DNA of 64,000 nucleotides from Planctomycetota bacterium (GCA_038227875.1 JBBRPR010000015.1:64001-128000), one strand, 5' to 3'. Positions 1 through 10,359 are shown, numbered from the stretch's first letter. Program-made: numbers and translations. Notes: a model not told the origin generated them from the sequence alone.

Positions 1-59
1 TCCCGATTCCCGCAGTTGCAGTTCTTTGCGTCTTTGCGGCTTTGCGTGAGATAAAAAAC
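1..59. repeat. Composite dispersed repeat (MITE/REP-like), copy cut by the window edge
   Basis: 21-59 matches 10431-10469 at 38/39 nt (gttcttt[g/t]cgtctttgcggctttgcgtgagataaaaaac); preceded by tcccgattcccg as in that copy. Confidence 0.8.
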
Positions 60-65
60 CTCATC

Positions 66-947
66 TTAAGCTTCGCGCGCCGACTCCGACTGCTTCCGGT
101 ACTGCAGCGGCGTCATTTTGAAGCGTTCGCGGAAGCTGCGGTGGAAATGCGAGATTTCGCCGAAGCCGCTGCGCAGCGCGGTGTCGAGAATCGAAACGTT
201 GGTGTGCTGCAGTAGTCCGGCGGCGGTGCGCAGGCGGGCTTCGACCAGGAGTTTGAGAAAAGTTTTCCCGCATGCTTCCTTCACGGCGTGGCCGGCGCGG
301 CTTTCGCTAAGATGGAGAACCTCCGCGAGATCTTCCAGTCGGACCGGCTGTGTATGCCGCATGTGGATGAAGCTGCGGATCAGCGAGCGGCGGGTGGACA
401 GGTCGTCGTGGAACTTGTCGCGGTGGAATGGCGAATCGGTGCCGACGACGGCCATCTCGGTGCTCCAAAGTCGCAAGCGCGCGGCGAGTTGGCGCAAATT
501 TTCGAGCACTGATTGCGCCTCGTCGTCGTCGATGGGTTTGGCCGTCGCGGTGCCGCGTGGCCAGGGCGATTTTCCAGGCATCGGTTGCGTGTCGCGGGCG
601 GCGATGCTTAAGCCCGATCCGGCGCTGCGCGGACCGGCGAAGAAAATCCATTCCAGTTCGTGCGCCTGAAAGACCGGCACGACGAATTCGACGATCCCCG
701 CGAAGCACACGTTGACGCGGCCCTCGGGCAGTCCGGAAATCTCGCGGCGTAGACGGCGTACATCGAAGTTCACGCACGCTTCGCCGTGATTCACTTTCAT
801 CGCCGCGCAGAGCGGGTGAATGTGCGTGGCACGCTCGGGCGGCAGGAACGGGATTAGCGATCCACGCAAGTCGTGAACCGTCACCCGCATCTGGGTAAGG
901 CGCTCAAATGCCTCGATGGCCTGCTCCGGAACCGCGAATTTGTCCAT
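66..947 (-). CDS. AraC-family transcriptional regulator with N-terminal PocR-like sensor domain
   Basis: C-terminal AraC double HTH (LEDLAEVLHLSES...SGFGEISHFHRSFRERFKMTPLQYR); N-terminal C...C...CFAGIVEFVVPV pattern. Confidence 0.88.
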   Translation of the reverse strand: MDKFAVPEQAIEAFERLTQMRVTVHDLRGSLIPFLPPERATHIHPLCAAMKVNHGEACVNFDVRRLRREISGLPEGRVNVCFAGIVEFVVPVFQAHELEWIFFAGPRSAGSGLSIAARDTQPMPGKSPWPRGTATAKPIDDDEAQSVLENLRQLAARLRLWSTEMAVVGTDSPFHRDKFHDDLSTRRSLIRSFIHMRHTQPVRLEDLAEVLHLSESRAGHAVKEACGKTFLKLLVEARLRTAAGLLQHTNVSILDTALRSGFGEISHFHRSFRERFKMTPLQYRKQSESAREA

Positions 948-1069
948 AGCTCAAACGATAGCAGAATTTGCAACGTTTTCAACTTTTTGCACAACTCCCC
1001 CCGGCGCAACCAGTGATAGATTACGTGCGATTGCTCGAAGACGAGCTTTCAACCAGAGGACCCACCGCC

Positions 1070-1915
1070 ATGGAATTCACCGCCATCACCGCCGAACAGC
1101 GCAAACAATTTTACGAACAAGGCTACATGATCGTGCGCAAGGCGCTCGACGTAGACCAGATCGCCCGCCTGATCGACGCTGGCGACCGGCTTGTCGCGAC
1201 GGATCGCCTGCGCGACCGCCAGCGCAGCAACGATGGCCAGTACGACGGCTTCCGCAACGTTATTGCGCTCGACGACGCGTACATTCCACTGCTCACGCAC
1301 AACAAAACCGTGCCGCTGATCGCGCAGCTCTTCGGGCCCAACATCCACCTCGCCACCAGCCACCTCATTTACAAGCAGGCCGACAAACCCGGCACGCCTC
1401 TCAATCGCCGACTACCCGGCTGGCATCGCGACGTCTCGGGCACGCCGGAAGATCTCGGCCACGCGTACCTGCCGCGCCTGGAAATGAAGTGCGCGTATTA
1501 CCTCACGGATTTAAGCGAACCGAATTCCGGCGCGACGTTGCTTTCGCCGGGCAGCAATCAGCTGAAGAAGCCGTTGGTGATCAACAAAGAGACCGGCGAT
1601 CCCGACAATGTGCTCGAACCCTTGTTGCAGCCTGGCGACGCGGTGTTTTTCGAGAACCGCACGTGGCACGCCGGCGGCCTGAATTTGACCGGCCGCATGC
1701 GCAAGGCGGTGATGTTTGGCTACGCGTATCGCTGGATGCGCCCGATGGACTACCTGATCCAGCCGAAGGAACTCGTCAGCAAAGTCGATCGCATCGGCCA
1801 GCAGCTGCTTGGCGCGACGGAAGATCCGGACGGCAAGTTCGTCGCCGGCGGTGGCGCGGAACCGCTGATCGAGTGGTGCACGAAGCACGGCGTGAAGTAC
1901 GAGCCGGTCGCGTGA
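1070..1915 (+). CDS. Phytanoyl-CoA dioxygenase (PhyH) family Fe(II)/2OG oxygenase
   Basis: QFYEQGYMIVR start, WHRD (HxD) and distal WHAG..N...R; ATG 1070 after gagga. Confidence 0.88.
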   Translation: MEFTAITAEQRKQFYEQGYMIVRKALDVDQIARLIDAGDRLVATDRLRDRQRSNDGQYDGFRNVIALDDAYIPLLTHNKTVPLIAQLFGPNIHLATSHLIYKQADKPGTPLNRRLPGWHRDVSGTPEDLGHAYLPRLEMKCAYYLTDLSEPNSGATLLSPGSNQLKKPLVINKETGDPDNVLEPLLQPGDAVFFENRTWHAGGLNLTGRMRKAVMFGYAYRWMRPMDYLIQPKELVSKVDRIGQQLLGATEDPDGKFVAGGGAEPLIEWCTKHGVKYEPVA

Positions 1916-1933
1916 AAGTGGTAGTTTTTAACA

Positions 1934-1979
1934 TTCAGGCCAATTGGCCTGAAGGTATACCCTGTGCCAATTGGCACAG
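1934..1979. repeat. Three abutting perfect palindromes (20 + 8 + 18 bp) between convergent genes
   Basis: ttcaggccaattggcctgaa, ggtatacc, ctgtgccaattggcacag. Confidence 0.9.
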
Positions 1980-1986
1980 CGGTCGG

Positions 1987-3813
1987 CTACTTGCCCGCCG
2001 CAATCTCGCTCACGTCGAAGCACGCGGCTTCTTCGCCGTTGCGCACAAAAAGTTTGCCGTGCGCGACGACCGGGTGGTTCCAGGTCTTGCCTTCGATGCC
2101 CGGAATCTTTCCGCGTTCGGTGTACGACGCGGGCTTGGCGTCGACGAGCGCGATCTCGCCTTTTTCGGAGAGGATCAGCAGCAGATCCTGATCGGCCAGG
2201 AGCAGCACCTGTCCGTTGCCGTAGCCGGTCGTGCGCCAGACGCTGCTGCCGTCGTCGAGTTTCACGCAGGTGAGGATGTTGCCGTCGAAGCCGTAGAGAT
2301 AGTCGTGATGGATGACCAGATCGTTGTAGTAGGGCTTGATCGCGGTGGTCTTCCACACCACGTCCGTCGACCACGTATCGCCCTCGTGCTTCACGCGCAC
2401 GCGCTGTGTGCCCATGCCGAAGCCCGTTCCCAGCAACAGATCGGTGTCGCTGACCACGGCCGGCTGCACCACGCGGCTCATTCCCGGAATAACCCATTTG
2501 TGCTGCCAGAGCACTGTGCCGGTCTTCATTGCGTACGACGAGATCCCGCGGTCGGTGGCGATCACGGCCTGCTCGACGCCGCACAGTTTCACCGACTGCA
2601 GCGAGCAGTAGCTCTGCGTCCCGTCGCCGCCCAACCATTTCGGCTCGCCCTTCTCGATGTCGTAACCCTGCACGCTCTTGCCGCTGGGACCGCCCACGAA
2701 TACGGCGACGATGCCGTCGGCAATCAGTGGCGAGGCAGCGAAACCCCACTGCGGAACTTTCGCACCGGAATCCGCGGCGACATCGCGCGTCCAGATTACG
2801 CTGCCGGTCAGCGCATCCAGGCAATTGAGTTTCCCGGTCGCGCCCTGCACGTAGAGCCGTCCGTCATGAAATGTGGGCGTGGCGCGCGGCCCCGGACCGG
2901 CCATGTTTTCCGTGAAACGCACCGGGTCGGCGTGCGCCCAGAGTTCCGTGCCGGTCGCCGCGTCGTAGCAGATCACGAGTTCGTTATCGCCGCGCTGCTC
3001 CTGCGTGAAGACGTGCGAACCAATCACCGAAAACGAAGACCAGCTCGGCCCGACGCGGTGTTTCCAGAGCAGCTTCGGTGGATGCGCGGCCCAGTCGGCA
3101 TTGATCTTCACGCCCGTCAGCCTGCCGTCGCGCTGAGCGCCGCGGAACGCCGGCCAGTCGCCAACGGACAATTCGAGTTTCGCCGGCTGAGCGGGGGTCA
3201 CAGGCGCGGCCGCTGGAGTTTTTTCCGTGGCCAATTCCGCGAGGTAGCGTTCTTCCGCCGTGGGGATCCAGCGCAACGTGAACTCCGCGGCAATGGTTCC
3301 GGTCGTGCCCTTCATGCGGAGTCCGTCAAGCCAGAACCACGCCAATACGGTGACCACCAGCAGGCCGGTGCGCCGTGTATTCCAGCTCAACGACGGCGTC
3401 AGCGCCATCCATGCGACTACCGCAGTGTTCGCAATCGGCAGCCCGTACATGATAATGCCATACAACCCGACGGTCGGATGCGACGCCAGCAGCGCTCCGA
3501 CGGCAGAGACTACGAATACCAGTACGACCAGCCAGCGTCCCTCGCGCGGCGCGCGGCTGGCGAACAACCACCAGATCAGCAGCCCAATCGTTCCCAACAC
3601 CGGTCCAAAAAACCAGCCCAGGAACTGTGTCATAGTCAACGGCGAAATCCGACCGGGAATCACGGTGATCAACCATTGCAGCACTACAATCAGAATGGCC
3701 GGCCAGAGTCGGAACGCCGAGCCGTCCGCAGGAACGACTTTGGATCGCGCCGACGACGGAGTAGGGGAGGTGGGTGTGCCCGAATCGAGGGACGCGGGAT
3801 TGGCGGTGCTCAT
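1987..3813 (-). CDS. Membrane-anchored PQQ-like beta-propeller (BamB-like) repeat protein
   Basis: About five N-terminal TM helices, then DWPAFRG..RDG, GPRATPT, CLDALTG..IW, TWNHPVVAHGKLFVR motifs; start could be 3825. Confidence 0.85.
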   Translation of the reverse strand: MSTANPASLDSGTPTSPTPSSARSKVVPADGSAFRLWPAILIVVLQWLITVIPGRISPLTMTQFLGWFFGPVLGTIGLLIWWLFASRAPREGRWLVVLVFVVSAVGALLASHPTVGLYGIIMYGLPIANTAVVAWMALTPSLSWNTRRTGLLVVTVLAWFWLDGLRMKGTTGTIAAEFTLRWIPTAEERYLAELATEKTPAAAPVTPAQPAKLELSVGDWPAFRGAQRDGRLTGVKINADWAAHPPKLLWKHRVGPSWSSFSVIGSHVFTQEQRGDNELVICYDAATGTELWAHADPVRFTENMAGPGPRATPTFHDGRLYVQGATGKLNCLDALTGSVIWTRDVAADSGAKVPQWGFAASPLIADGIVAVFVGGPSGKSVQGYDIEKGEPKWLGGDGTQSYCSLQSVKLCGVEQAVIATDRGISSYAMKTGTVLWQHKWVIPGMSRVVQPAVVSDTDLLLGTGFGMGTQRVRVKHEGDTWSTDVVWKTTAIKPYYNDLVIHHDYLYGFDGNILTCVKLDDGSSVWRTTGYGNGQVLLLADQDLLLILSEKGEIALVDAKPASYTERGKIPGIEGKTWNHPVVAHGKLFVRNGEEAACFDVSEIAAGK

Positions 3814-3926
3814 GATTGACTCCAAACAGTTTGGGCAAAAATGTTAGCACGCAACGCTGGCGTCTCTAATTGATTTATGCGGGGCGGGCATTCAAGATCA
3901 TTGGAATCTTAAAAAGGAGCAATTTC

Positions 3927-4688
3927 ATGCGCATTAATCTCGACAAACGTGTGGCCGTGGTGACCGGCGCTTCCGGGGAGCTCGGCCGCGTTATCGCTCG
4001 AACGCTGGCGCAGTGCGGCGCAGATGTCGCCGTTCACTACCTCAATTCCAAAGACAAGGCCGAGCGCGTCTGTGCGGAGATCAAGCAGCTTGGCCGCCGC
4101 GCGATCACCGTCCAAGCCGACGTCACCGACAAGAAATCCGTCTTCGCGATGCGCGATGCCATCGCCAAAGATCTCGGGCACCCCAACATCATCGTCAACA
4201 ACGCCGTGATCCAGTACACGTGGACCAGTGTGCTGGAACAGGAACCTGCCGACTACGAGAGCCAGTTCAAATCCTGCGTGCTTCATAATGTGCTGATGGC
4301 CAAGGCCTTCGTCCCTGCGATGGTCGAAAGGAAATGGGGCCGCGTGATCGGGATCAACACCGAATGCGCGATGCAGAATTTCCCGTCGCAGTCCGCGTAT
4401 GTTGCCGGCAAACGCGGCATGGACGGCGTGCTGCGCATCCTCGCCAAGGAAGTCGGCGCGCACCAGATCACCGTCAACCAGGTCGCCCCCGGCTGGATGA
4501 TCAGCGAGCGCTTCCGCGAAGCCGGCACCGAACGGCAGGAAGCCTACGAGAAAAACGTCCCTCTTAAGCGGCGCGGCACCGACCAGAACATCGCCGACGC
4601 CGTCGCGTTCCTGGCCTCGGATCTGGCGGAGTTCATCACGGGAGCGTACCTGCCTGTTTGCGGCGGAAACGTGATGCCGGCGATATAA
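3927..4688 (+). CDS. SDR family NAD(P)-dependent oxidoreductase (FabG-like)
   Basis: VVTGASGELG, NNA, YVAGK (YxxxK), VNQVAPG; RBS aggag at 3915. Confidence 0.9.
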   Translation: MRINLDKRVAVVTGASGELGRVIARTLAQCGADVAVHYLNSKDKAERVCAEIKQLGRRAITVQADVTDKKSVFAMRDAIAKDLGHPNIIVNNAVIQYTWTSVLEQEPADYESQFKSCVLHNVLMAKAFVPAMVERKWGRVIGINTECAMQNFPSQSAYVAGKRGMDGVLRILAKEVGAHQITVNQVAPGWMISERFREAGTERQEAYEKNVPLKRRGTDQNIADAVAFLASDLAEFITGAYLPVCGGNVMPAI

Positions 4689-4697
4689 AGGGCGGTC

Positions 4698-4727
4698 TAA
4701 CAGAGTCATTGACCAATGACTCTGTTA
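4698..4727. repeat. 30-bp inverted repeat (14-bp arms, 2-nt centre)
   Basis: taacagagtcattg-ac-caatgactctgtta. Confidence 0.85.
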
Positions 4728-4770
4728 AGCTCAAACTCCAGTTCTACGAAATTCCGCCGATACAGTACTC

Positions 4771-5349
4771 ATGAACCTCTTCCGCAAGAAGAAACTGTTC
4801 GTGGTGGTGTTGATTGCTCTGCTGACCGTTTCGCTGGTCGGCCTGACCGGTGTGGCGATTGTCGTGGATGGGCTGCACGACCGCATCGAGTCGGTCGACG
4901 TTGCCATCGTGCTCGGCAGCGCGGTCGACGAACATGGTGAGCCGTCGATCCGGCTGCGCGCGCGGTTGGACAAGGCGGCGGAGCTCTATCAGCGCAAACT
5001 TTTCAAGAAAGTGCTCGTCAGCGGCGGCGTCGATTGGCGCGGTTTTGATGAAGCGAAGATCATGGCGCACTACCTGTCCGTTCACGGTGTCGCCGACTCC
5101 GATATTCTCACCGACAGCGGCGGCCGCACGACGTGGCACACAGCTCAGAACGCCGTCGGAATTCTGCGCGCCAACGACCTGCATAGCGCGATGGCGATCA
5201 CGCAATACTTCCACATCTCGCGCACTCGGCTGGCGCTCCGCCACTTTGGCATCGATTGCCCTGCCAACGCGCACGCCGATCTCTTCGAACCGCGCGACGC
5301 TTACTCCACGCTGCGGGAGATTGTCGGGTACTACGCGTATTGGTTGTGA
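4771..5349 (+). CDS. YdcF/DUF218 (SanA/ElyC-like) family protein
   Basis: N-terminal TM, IVLG...L.ARLDKA, VSGG, EA..M, ITQYFHISR, RE motifs. Confidence 0.88.
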   Translation: MNLFRKKKLFVVVLIALLTVSLVGLTGVAIVVDGLHDRIESVDVAIVLGSAVDEHGEPSIRLRARLDKAAELYQRKLFKKVLVSGGVDWRGFDEAKIMAHYLSVHGVADSDILTDSGGRTTWHTAQNAVGILRANDLHSAMAITQYFHISRTRLALRHFGIDCPANAHADLFEPRDAYSTLREIVGYYAYWL

Positions 5350-5370
5350 GGTTGGTGGATTCTAACCCTG

Positions 5371-5384
5371 TGACCAATTGGTCA
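5371..5384. repeat. Perfect palindrome centred on CCAATTGG
   Basis: tgaccaattggtca between convergent stops, with imperfect extended arms. Confidence 0.75.
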
Positions 5385-5407
5385 TATGGTCCGTGCATAG
5401 AATTTAG

Positions 5408-6769
5408 TCATACGGTTCTGGCCAACGTATCCTTGATCGCTCCGACCAGATACAGCGAGCCCGTGATCAGAATCAGTCCGTCAGATCCGGTGAGTTTCCG
5501 CGCCGCCGCGAGTCCGGACGAGGCGTCGGCAGATGTATGTACGGGAAGCTTTGAGAGCGTGCTCCACAGCTGCGCCAGATCAGCAGGCTCGCGACCGCGG
5601 ACGTTGCCGGAGTGCGTGAAGACGATCGCGTCGGGCTTGGCGTCGGCGAGCGCACGGAGCATCGCGCCGTGGTCTTTGTCTTTGGCGCACGCGAAGAGGA
5701 CGACGAACGGGCGGCTTGCGGGTTTCACGCGCGCCAGCAGTTCGTTGCAGACGAGTTTGATCGAGTAATCGTTGTGCGCGCCGTCGAGAATGAGGCGCGG
5801 CGCGGCGCTGACCTCCTCCAAGCGGCCCGGCCAGACGACGTTGCGTGAGCCGCTTTCGACTGCCGCTTGCGGGAGCGGACGGCCGCGGAGGTTGGCGTGC
5901 AGAATGTCGGCCATGCGCACGGCGGTGGCCCAGTTCTCGATCTGAAATGGGCCGTGCAAACCCAGCGTTGCGGTAAACGTGCGGCTGTCCGGCAGCGTGA
6001 TGGTGGCGCGCGGCAGCGGCCACGCGGTCGCCGTGTCTTCGGAATTGAGCGTGGTCACCTTCAGATCCGCGCCGACGAGTTCGAGCGGCGCGCCGACAGC
6101 CGTTGCTTTCTCCCGGATCGAACGCAGGGCTTCATCGCACTGCGGCGCGACGACGGCGGTGACGCCTTTTTTCAGAATGCCGGCTTTTTCGCCGGCGATC
6201 TCAGCGAGCGTATTGCCCAGAATCGCCATGTGATCGAAACTGATGCTCGTGATCGCGCAGACCACCGGCTGGACGATGTTGGTCGCATCCAGTCGTCCGC
6301 CGAGACCCACTTCCACCACCGCGCAGTCGACGTTCTCTTCGGCAAAGTGCGTGAACGCCAGATGCGTCAGGATTTCGAAGTACGTCGGCCGGCGTTCACC
6401 CGGCGGACGGTTGCGGAGTTCGTTCAACACCGGATGCGCAGCGGTGAGAATGCGGGCGAACGCGGATTCGGGGATCAGAGCGCCGTTGATCGAAATGCGT
6501 TCACGAATGTCCTGCAGATGCGGTGACGTGTACAGCCCCACGCGCAGGCCGGCGGCGGAGAGAATCGAGGCGGCGAAGGCACAGGTCGAGCCCTTGCCTT
6601 TGGTTCCGGCCACGTGGAGCGCCGGAAATTTTAGCTCGGGATTGCCCAGTCGACCGGCGAATTCGCGCACGCTGTCGAGCGTGATGACGGCGCGCGTCGC
6701 GGCGGTCTGAGCGCTGCGTTCCAGGTTGATGAAACTGTCGAGGTACGCGAGCGCTTCGGTGTAATTCAT
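5408..6769 (-). CDS. folC: Bifunctional folylpolyglutamate/dihydrofolate synthase
   Basis: HVAGTKGKGST, YTSPHL, EVGLGGRLDATN, WPGRLE, LDGAHN, TGSLYLVG. Confidence 0.96.
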   Translation of the reverse strand: MNYTEALAYLDSFINLERSAQTAATRAVITLDSVREFAGRLGNPELKFPALHVAGTKGKGSTCAFAASILSAAGLRVGLYTSPHLQDIRERISINGALIPESAFARILTAAHPVLNELRNRPPGERRPTYFEILTHLAFTHFAEENVDCAVVEVGLGGRLDATNIVQPVVCAITSISFDHMAILGNTLAEIAGEKAGILKKGVTAVVAPQCDEALRSIREKATAVGAPLELVGADLKVTTLNSEDTATAWPLPRATITLPDSRTFTATLGLHGPFQIENWATAVRMADILHANLRGRPLPQAAVESGSRNVVWPGRLEEVSAAPRLILDGAHNDYSIKLVCNELLARVKPASRPFVVLFACAKDKDHGAMLRALADAKPDAIVFTHSGNVRGREPADLAQLWSTLSKLPVHTSADASSGLAAARKLTGSDGLILITGSLYLVGAIKDTLARTV

Positions 6770-6790
6770 CGGTGGCGGGCAAAGTCCGTT

Positions 6791-7720
6791 TTACTTGTCG
6801 AGCTTCGGTGCGCTGCCAGGAACCACGGGCGCAGGAACGCTCACGGTCAGACCCCGGCTGAGCTCGATGCGTGGCTCCACGTTTTCGCTCTGCACCGTTG
6901 CGCGGACCAGCTTATCGATGCTCTGCAGCAGGATCAGCAATTCAGGCAGCGAATCGATCGTGACCATGTTGGGACCATCGGACAGCGCCTTGTCAGGATT
7001 GGGATGCGCTTCCAGGAAGACACCGTCGACGCCCGTCGCCACGGCAGCTCGCGCAAGCGCCGGAACGTACTGACGTTCACCGCCGGACTTGGTGCCCTGG
7101 CCGCCGGGAATCTGGACGGAATGCGTGGCGTCGAAGATCACCGGGTAGCCCAGGCGCCGCATCGCGGGGAGGCCGCGCATGTCGTTGACCAGGCAATGGT
7201 AGCCGAAGCTGGTGCCGCGTTCAGTCAGGAGGATGTCGTCGTTGTCGGTGGAGCGGATTTTCTCGACAACGTTGCGCATATCGTTGGGCGCAAGAAATTG
7301 TCCCTTCTTAACGTTCACCACGCAGCCGGTCTTGCCCGCGGCAATCAGCAGGTCGGTCTGGCGGCAGAGGAACGCGGGAATCTGGATGATGTCGACCACC
7401 GCCGCAGCGGCTTCACACTGATCGGCTTCGTGCACGTCGGTGAGGATCGGGACATTCAGATCCTTTTTGATCTTGGCCAGAATTTCCAGGCCCAACTTGA
7501 GACCCGGGCCGCGGAAGCTCTGCGACGACGACCGGTTGGCTTTGTCGAACGAGGATTTGAAGATAAATGGAATGTTGGCGCGTGCAGCGGCTTCCTTGAT
7601 GCCGATGGCCGCTTCGTAGCAGGCTTCCTGGCTTTCGATCACGCAGGGACCGGCGATCAAAACCAGACCATTGCCTCCGCCGATGTTGACGGATCCAACT
7701 TTAATCTCTCGAGTCAGCAC
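6791..7720 (-). CDS. kdsA: KDO 8-phosphate synthase
   Basis: IAGPCVIES, KSSFDKANRSS, PAFLCRQTDL, KKGQF, DATHSVQ, SDG; GTG start 7720 after agaggga. Confidence 0.95.
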   Translation of the reverse strand: MLTREIKVGSVNIGGGNGLVLIAGPCVIESQEACYEAAIGIKEAAARANIPFIFKSSFDKANRSSSQSFRGPGLKLGLEILAKIKKDLNVPILTDVHEADQCEAAAAVVDIIQIPAFLCRQTDLLIAAGKTGCVVNVKKGQFLAPNDMRNVVEKIRSTDNDDILLTERGTSFGYHCLVNDMRGLPAMRRLGYPVIFDATHSVQIPGGQGTKSGGERQYVPALARAAVATGVDGVFLEAHPNPDKALSDGPNMVTIDSLPELLILLQSIDKLVRATVQSENVEPRIELSRGLTVSVPAPVVPGSAPKLDK

Positions 7721-8193
7721 GGAACTTCCCTCTGGTTTACATAGCGACGACCTACTATTTAAGACATGGCGTGGCAATTACCAGTGCGGGCTGTTGCTTG
7801 CGTGGTTTTTTTGCGGCTAAGGAGTCTTGTAGCGAAGTCGATTTCAGTCTGGGTAAAAGTTGTCGGTTCTACAGGCCTAACGAAAGACCCAACGAACGAA
7901 TTGTATTCTATTGTGCATTGCAGCAATGGCATTGACTGTCTTTCGTCGCCGCTACCGACAACTTTTAGCCGGACTGATTCTAAGAACGACATAAGTTATT
8001 TCGCTCCAACATCGTTGCACTCGCCGGGAGCTGACCACTGACCCCTTTTCGCCGGACAGATAAGGAATACGTTGAAAGCGCATTCGCTCTCGACGCTTCG
8101 CACTGGCGGAGAGCCCAATTTTCATTCCCAAAAACCCGCTAAGTACGTTACACTCATGTGCGTCTTAAATTTTTGAACCTGGAGACCACGTCG

Positions 8194-9372
8194 ATGGCTT
8201 TGAAGGCGCGCCGCCCGATCGTCAAGAAGGCACCTGGTGAAGTTCAGAAGGCAGGATTGTTCACAGGCATCGCTCAGAACGGTGCCGCCCGGCAGAAGCG
8301 CGCTCACGCGCTGGCCGAAGAACTGCTGGCCCGCGGATGTCTCTACATCCAGAGCCAGGTGTGGGACGAAGCCGCGCGCGAGTTCCGCAAAGCGATCAAG
8401 ATGGAAGAAGATTACGCCGAGGCGTACAACAATCTCGGCCTGGCGATGCTCTACGCTAACAAGCCTTCGGAAGCGGTGGAAGCGCTCGAAACAGCGCTGA
8501 ATCTCTTCCCGAACTGGCACATCGCCGAAGTCAATCTGGCTCTGGCGCTGCAGCGCGTCAACCGCCTTGAAGAAGCCTGCGAATACTACCGCAAGGCGCT
8601 GAAGAAGAAGAACGCGCAGCCGACCGTCTGGTTGGCGCTCGGCGATACGCTGATGAGCTTGAACAAGACCGACGAAGCGCTCGAAGCGTTCAACACCGCC
8701 GTCGAACTGAATCCGAAGTACGACATTGCCTTCCACCGCATCGGCATGATCAATGCCAAGCGCAACAACATCGACGAAGCTCAGGCCGCGCTGACGAAAG
8801 CGCTGGCGATCGATCCTGACAACGCCGACGCGGCCGCGGTGCTGGGCGCCATCTCCGCGCGCCAGGGCGAACTGAACTCCGCACGCGATTACTTCGCGCA
8901 GGTCCAGGACCTCGATCCAATGCCGGCAGTCGCGCGCCGCGGCATGCACCGCCTGCAGGTTTTCCGGCAGGGCTTGCGCACCGCGTTCGACGAATGGAAG
9001 ACGGGGATGCCCCAGCCGCCGACGCTGGCGGTCTGTTATTATAATCTCGGCTTGGCGCAGTTGGCCGCCGAAAACGATCATGAAGCGAAGGAAGCGTTCC
9101 AGCGCGCGGCCGACCTACAGCCGGATTGGGCGGAGCCTGTAATCTGGTTCGGCTTCTTCGCGGCGCTCGACGGCGACGCCAATTCCGCGCGCAAGTACTG
9201 GGAAAGCGCGGTCAATCTCGAACCCGAAAACGGCATGCTCCGCGAACAGCTCGGCTACCTGGCCATCGCCATGGGCCTGCAGAAGGAAGCCGACGCGCAC
9301 TTCCAGGCCGCGATCGATCTGGGCCGCGAGATTCCGGAAGAAGACCTCAAACCGGATGCGAATGCTGGATAA
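8194..9372 (+). CDS. Tetratricopeptide repeat protein
   Basis: Many TPR units (AEAYNNLG, WLALGD.L, AF..AVELNP); ATG 8194 after ggag. Confidence 0.9.
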   Translation: MALKARRPIVKKAPGEVQKAGLFTGIAQNGAARQKRAHALAEELLARGCLYIQSQVWDEAAREFRKAIKMEEDYAEAYNNLGLAMLYANKPSEAVEALETALNLFPNWHIAEVNLALALQRVNRLEEACEYYRKALKKKNAQPTVWLALGDTLMSLNKTDEALEAFNTAVELNPKYDIAFHRIGMINAKRNNIDEAQAALTKALAIDPDNADAAAVLGAISARQGELNSARDYFAQVQDLDPMPAVARRGMHRLQVFRQGLRTAFDEWKTGMPQPPTLAVCYYNLGLAQLAAENDHEAKEAFQRAADLQPDWAEPVIWFGFFAALDGDANSARKYWESAVNLEPENGMLREQLGYLAIAMGLQKEADAHFQAAIDLGREIPEEDLKPDANAG

Positions 9373-9377
9373 CGGAG

Positions 9378-9417
9378 CCATTGGTCATCGGGCATTGGTC
9401 ATGTTTCATTTGTCATT
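9378..9417. repeat. Degenerate heptamer array (TTGGTCA-type)
   Basis: cattggtcatcgggcattggtcatgtttcatttgtcatt. Confidence 0.65.
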
Positions 9418-9472
9418 TTTAACGGCAACGGCAACAACGTTCCGCCAAAGGCGGGGCGCGGGATCTGAGCGA

Positions 9473-9628
9473 TGTGTCAAGGAGCAAGCGGCTGTTTGCT
9501 TGCTCCTTGCTTAGATCATCGAACACGGGAAGGACGCTGCTCTCCGATCCATTTAATCGAACCGCTTGCGCGTAAGACGCGAGCGTCACAGCAAGGAGCA
9601 AGCATAGGGCCGCTTGCTCCTTGACACA
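9473..9628. mobile_element. REPIN-like doublet: two 39-nt palindromic REP units in inverted orientation around a ~78-nt spacer
   Basis: tgtgtcaaggagcaagcggctgtttgcttgctccttgct at 9473-9511 and near-identical reverse complement at 9590-9628. Confidence 0.8.
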
Positions 9629-9688
9629 CAGGTTTGCTTGAACGCTTCACTCGTCAATGCATAAAGGCTCGCGACAATTGTTTCGTTT

Positions 9689-10354
9689 ATGAAAACCCGC
9701 GCGCCGTCTCCTCAAAAAATTGAGCAAGCCAAACGCGTCGATGCGCTGTTGAACGCGTCGTATCCGAACGCCAAGTGCGCGCTCATTTATTCCAATCCGC
9801 TGCAACTGTTGATCGCGACGATTCTCTCCGCGCAGTGCACGGACGCGCGGGTCAACATGGTTACTCCGATCCTTTTCGCGAAGTATTCCAACGCGAAGGC
9901 GTTTGCGGATGCGACTCAGGGCGAGATCGAGAAGGTCGTGCAGTCGACGGGATTCTTTCGGAGCAAAGCGCGTTCAATCCGCGAAGCGTGCCGGGACATT
10001 GTCGAGAAGCATGGCGGCGAGGTCCCGCGGACGATGGATGAACTCTTCGCGCTGCGCGGCGTCGGGCGGAAGACGGCGAACGTAGTTTTGGGCAACGCGT
10101 TCGGGACGCCCGGGATGGTCGTCGACACGCACATTGGCCGAGTCTCGCGACGACTGGGCCTGACCAAGCAGACCGACCCGGTGAAAGTGGAGGCCGAGTT
10201 AATGAAGCTCGTCCCGCCGGACCGCTGGACGCAACTGGGGCACGAAATGATTCTCCACGGCCGCAAACACTGCAAAGCGCCGACGCCGCGCTGCGGTGGG
10301 TGCCCGTTGTTGGAGATCTGTCCGTATTCAAAGAAAAACCTTGTCGCGCCGTAG
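9689..10354 (+). CDS. nth: Endonuclease III
   Basis: LLIATILSAQCTDARVN, HhH LRGVGRKTAN, VDTH, Cx6Cx2Cx5C Fe-S motif. Confidence 0.96.
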   Translation: MKTRAPSPQKIEQAKRVDALLNASYPNAKCALIYSNPLQLLIATILSAQCTDARVNMVTPILFAKYSNAKAFADATQGEIEKVVQSTGFFRSKARSIREACRDIVEKHGGEVPRTMDELFALRGVGRKTANVVLGNAFGTPGMVVDTHIGRVSRRLGLTKQTDPVKVEAELMKLVPPDRWTQLGHEMILHGRKHCKAPTPRCGGCPLLEICPYSKKNLVAP

Positions 10355-10359
10355 TTTTT

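Noticed and set aside
916..3819. 967-aa plus-strand ORF, and similar overlapping ORFs such as 12183-14501 and 27482-29008
   Set aside because: They overlap well-supported genes in other frames and have Arg-rich or antisense-type composition.
7759..8041. Small ORFs in the kdsA/TPR divergent spacer
   Set aside because: Atypical low-GC codon usage and no motif; more likely promoter DNA.
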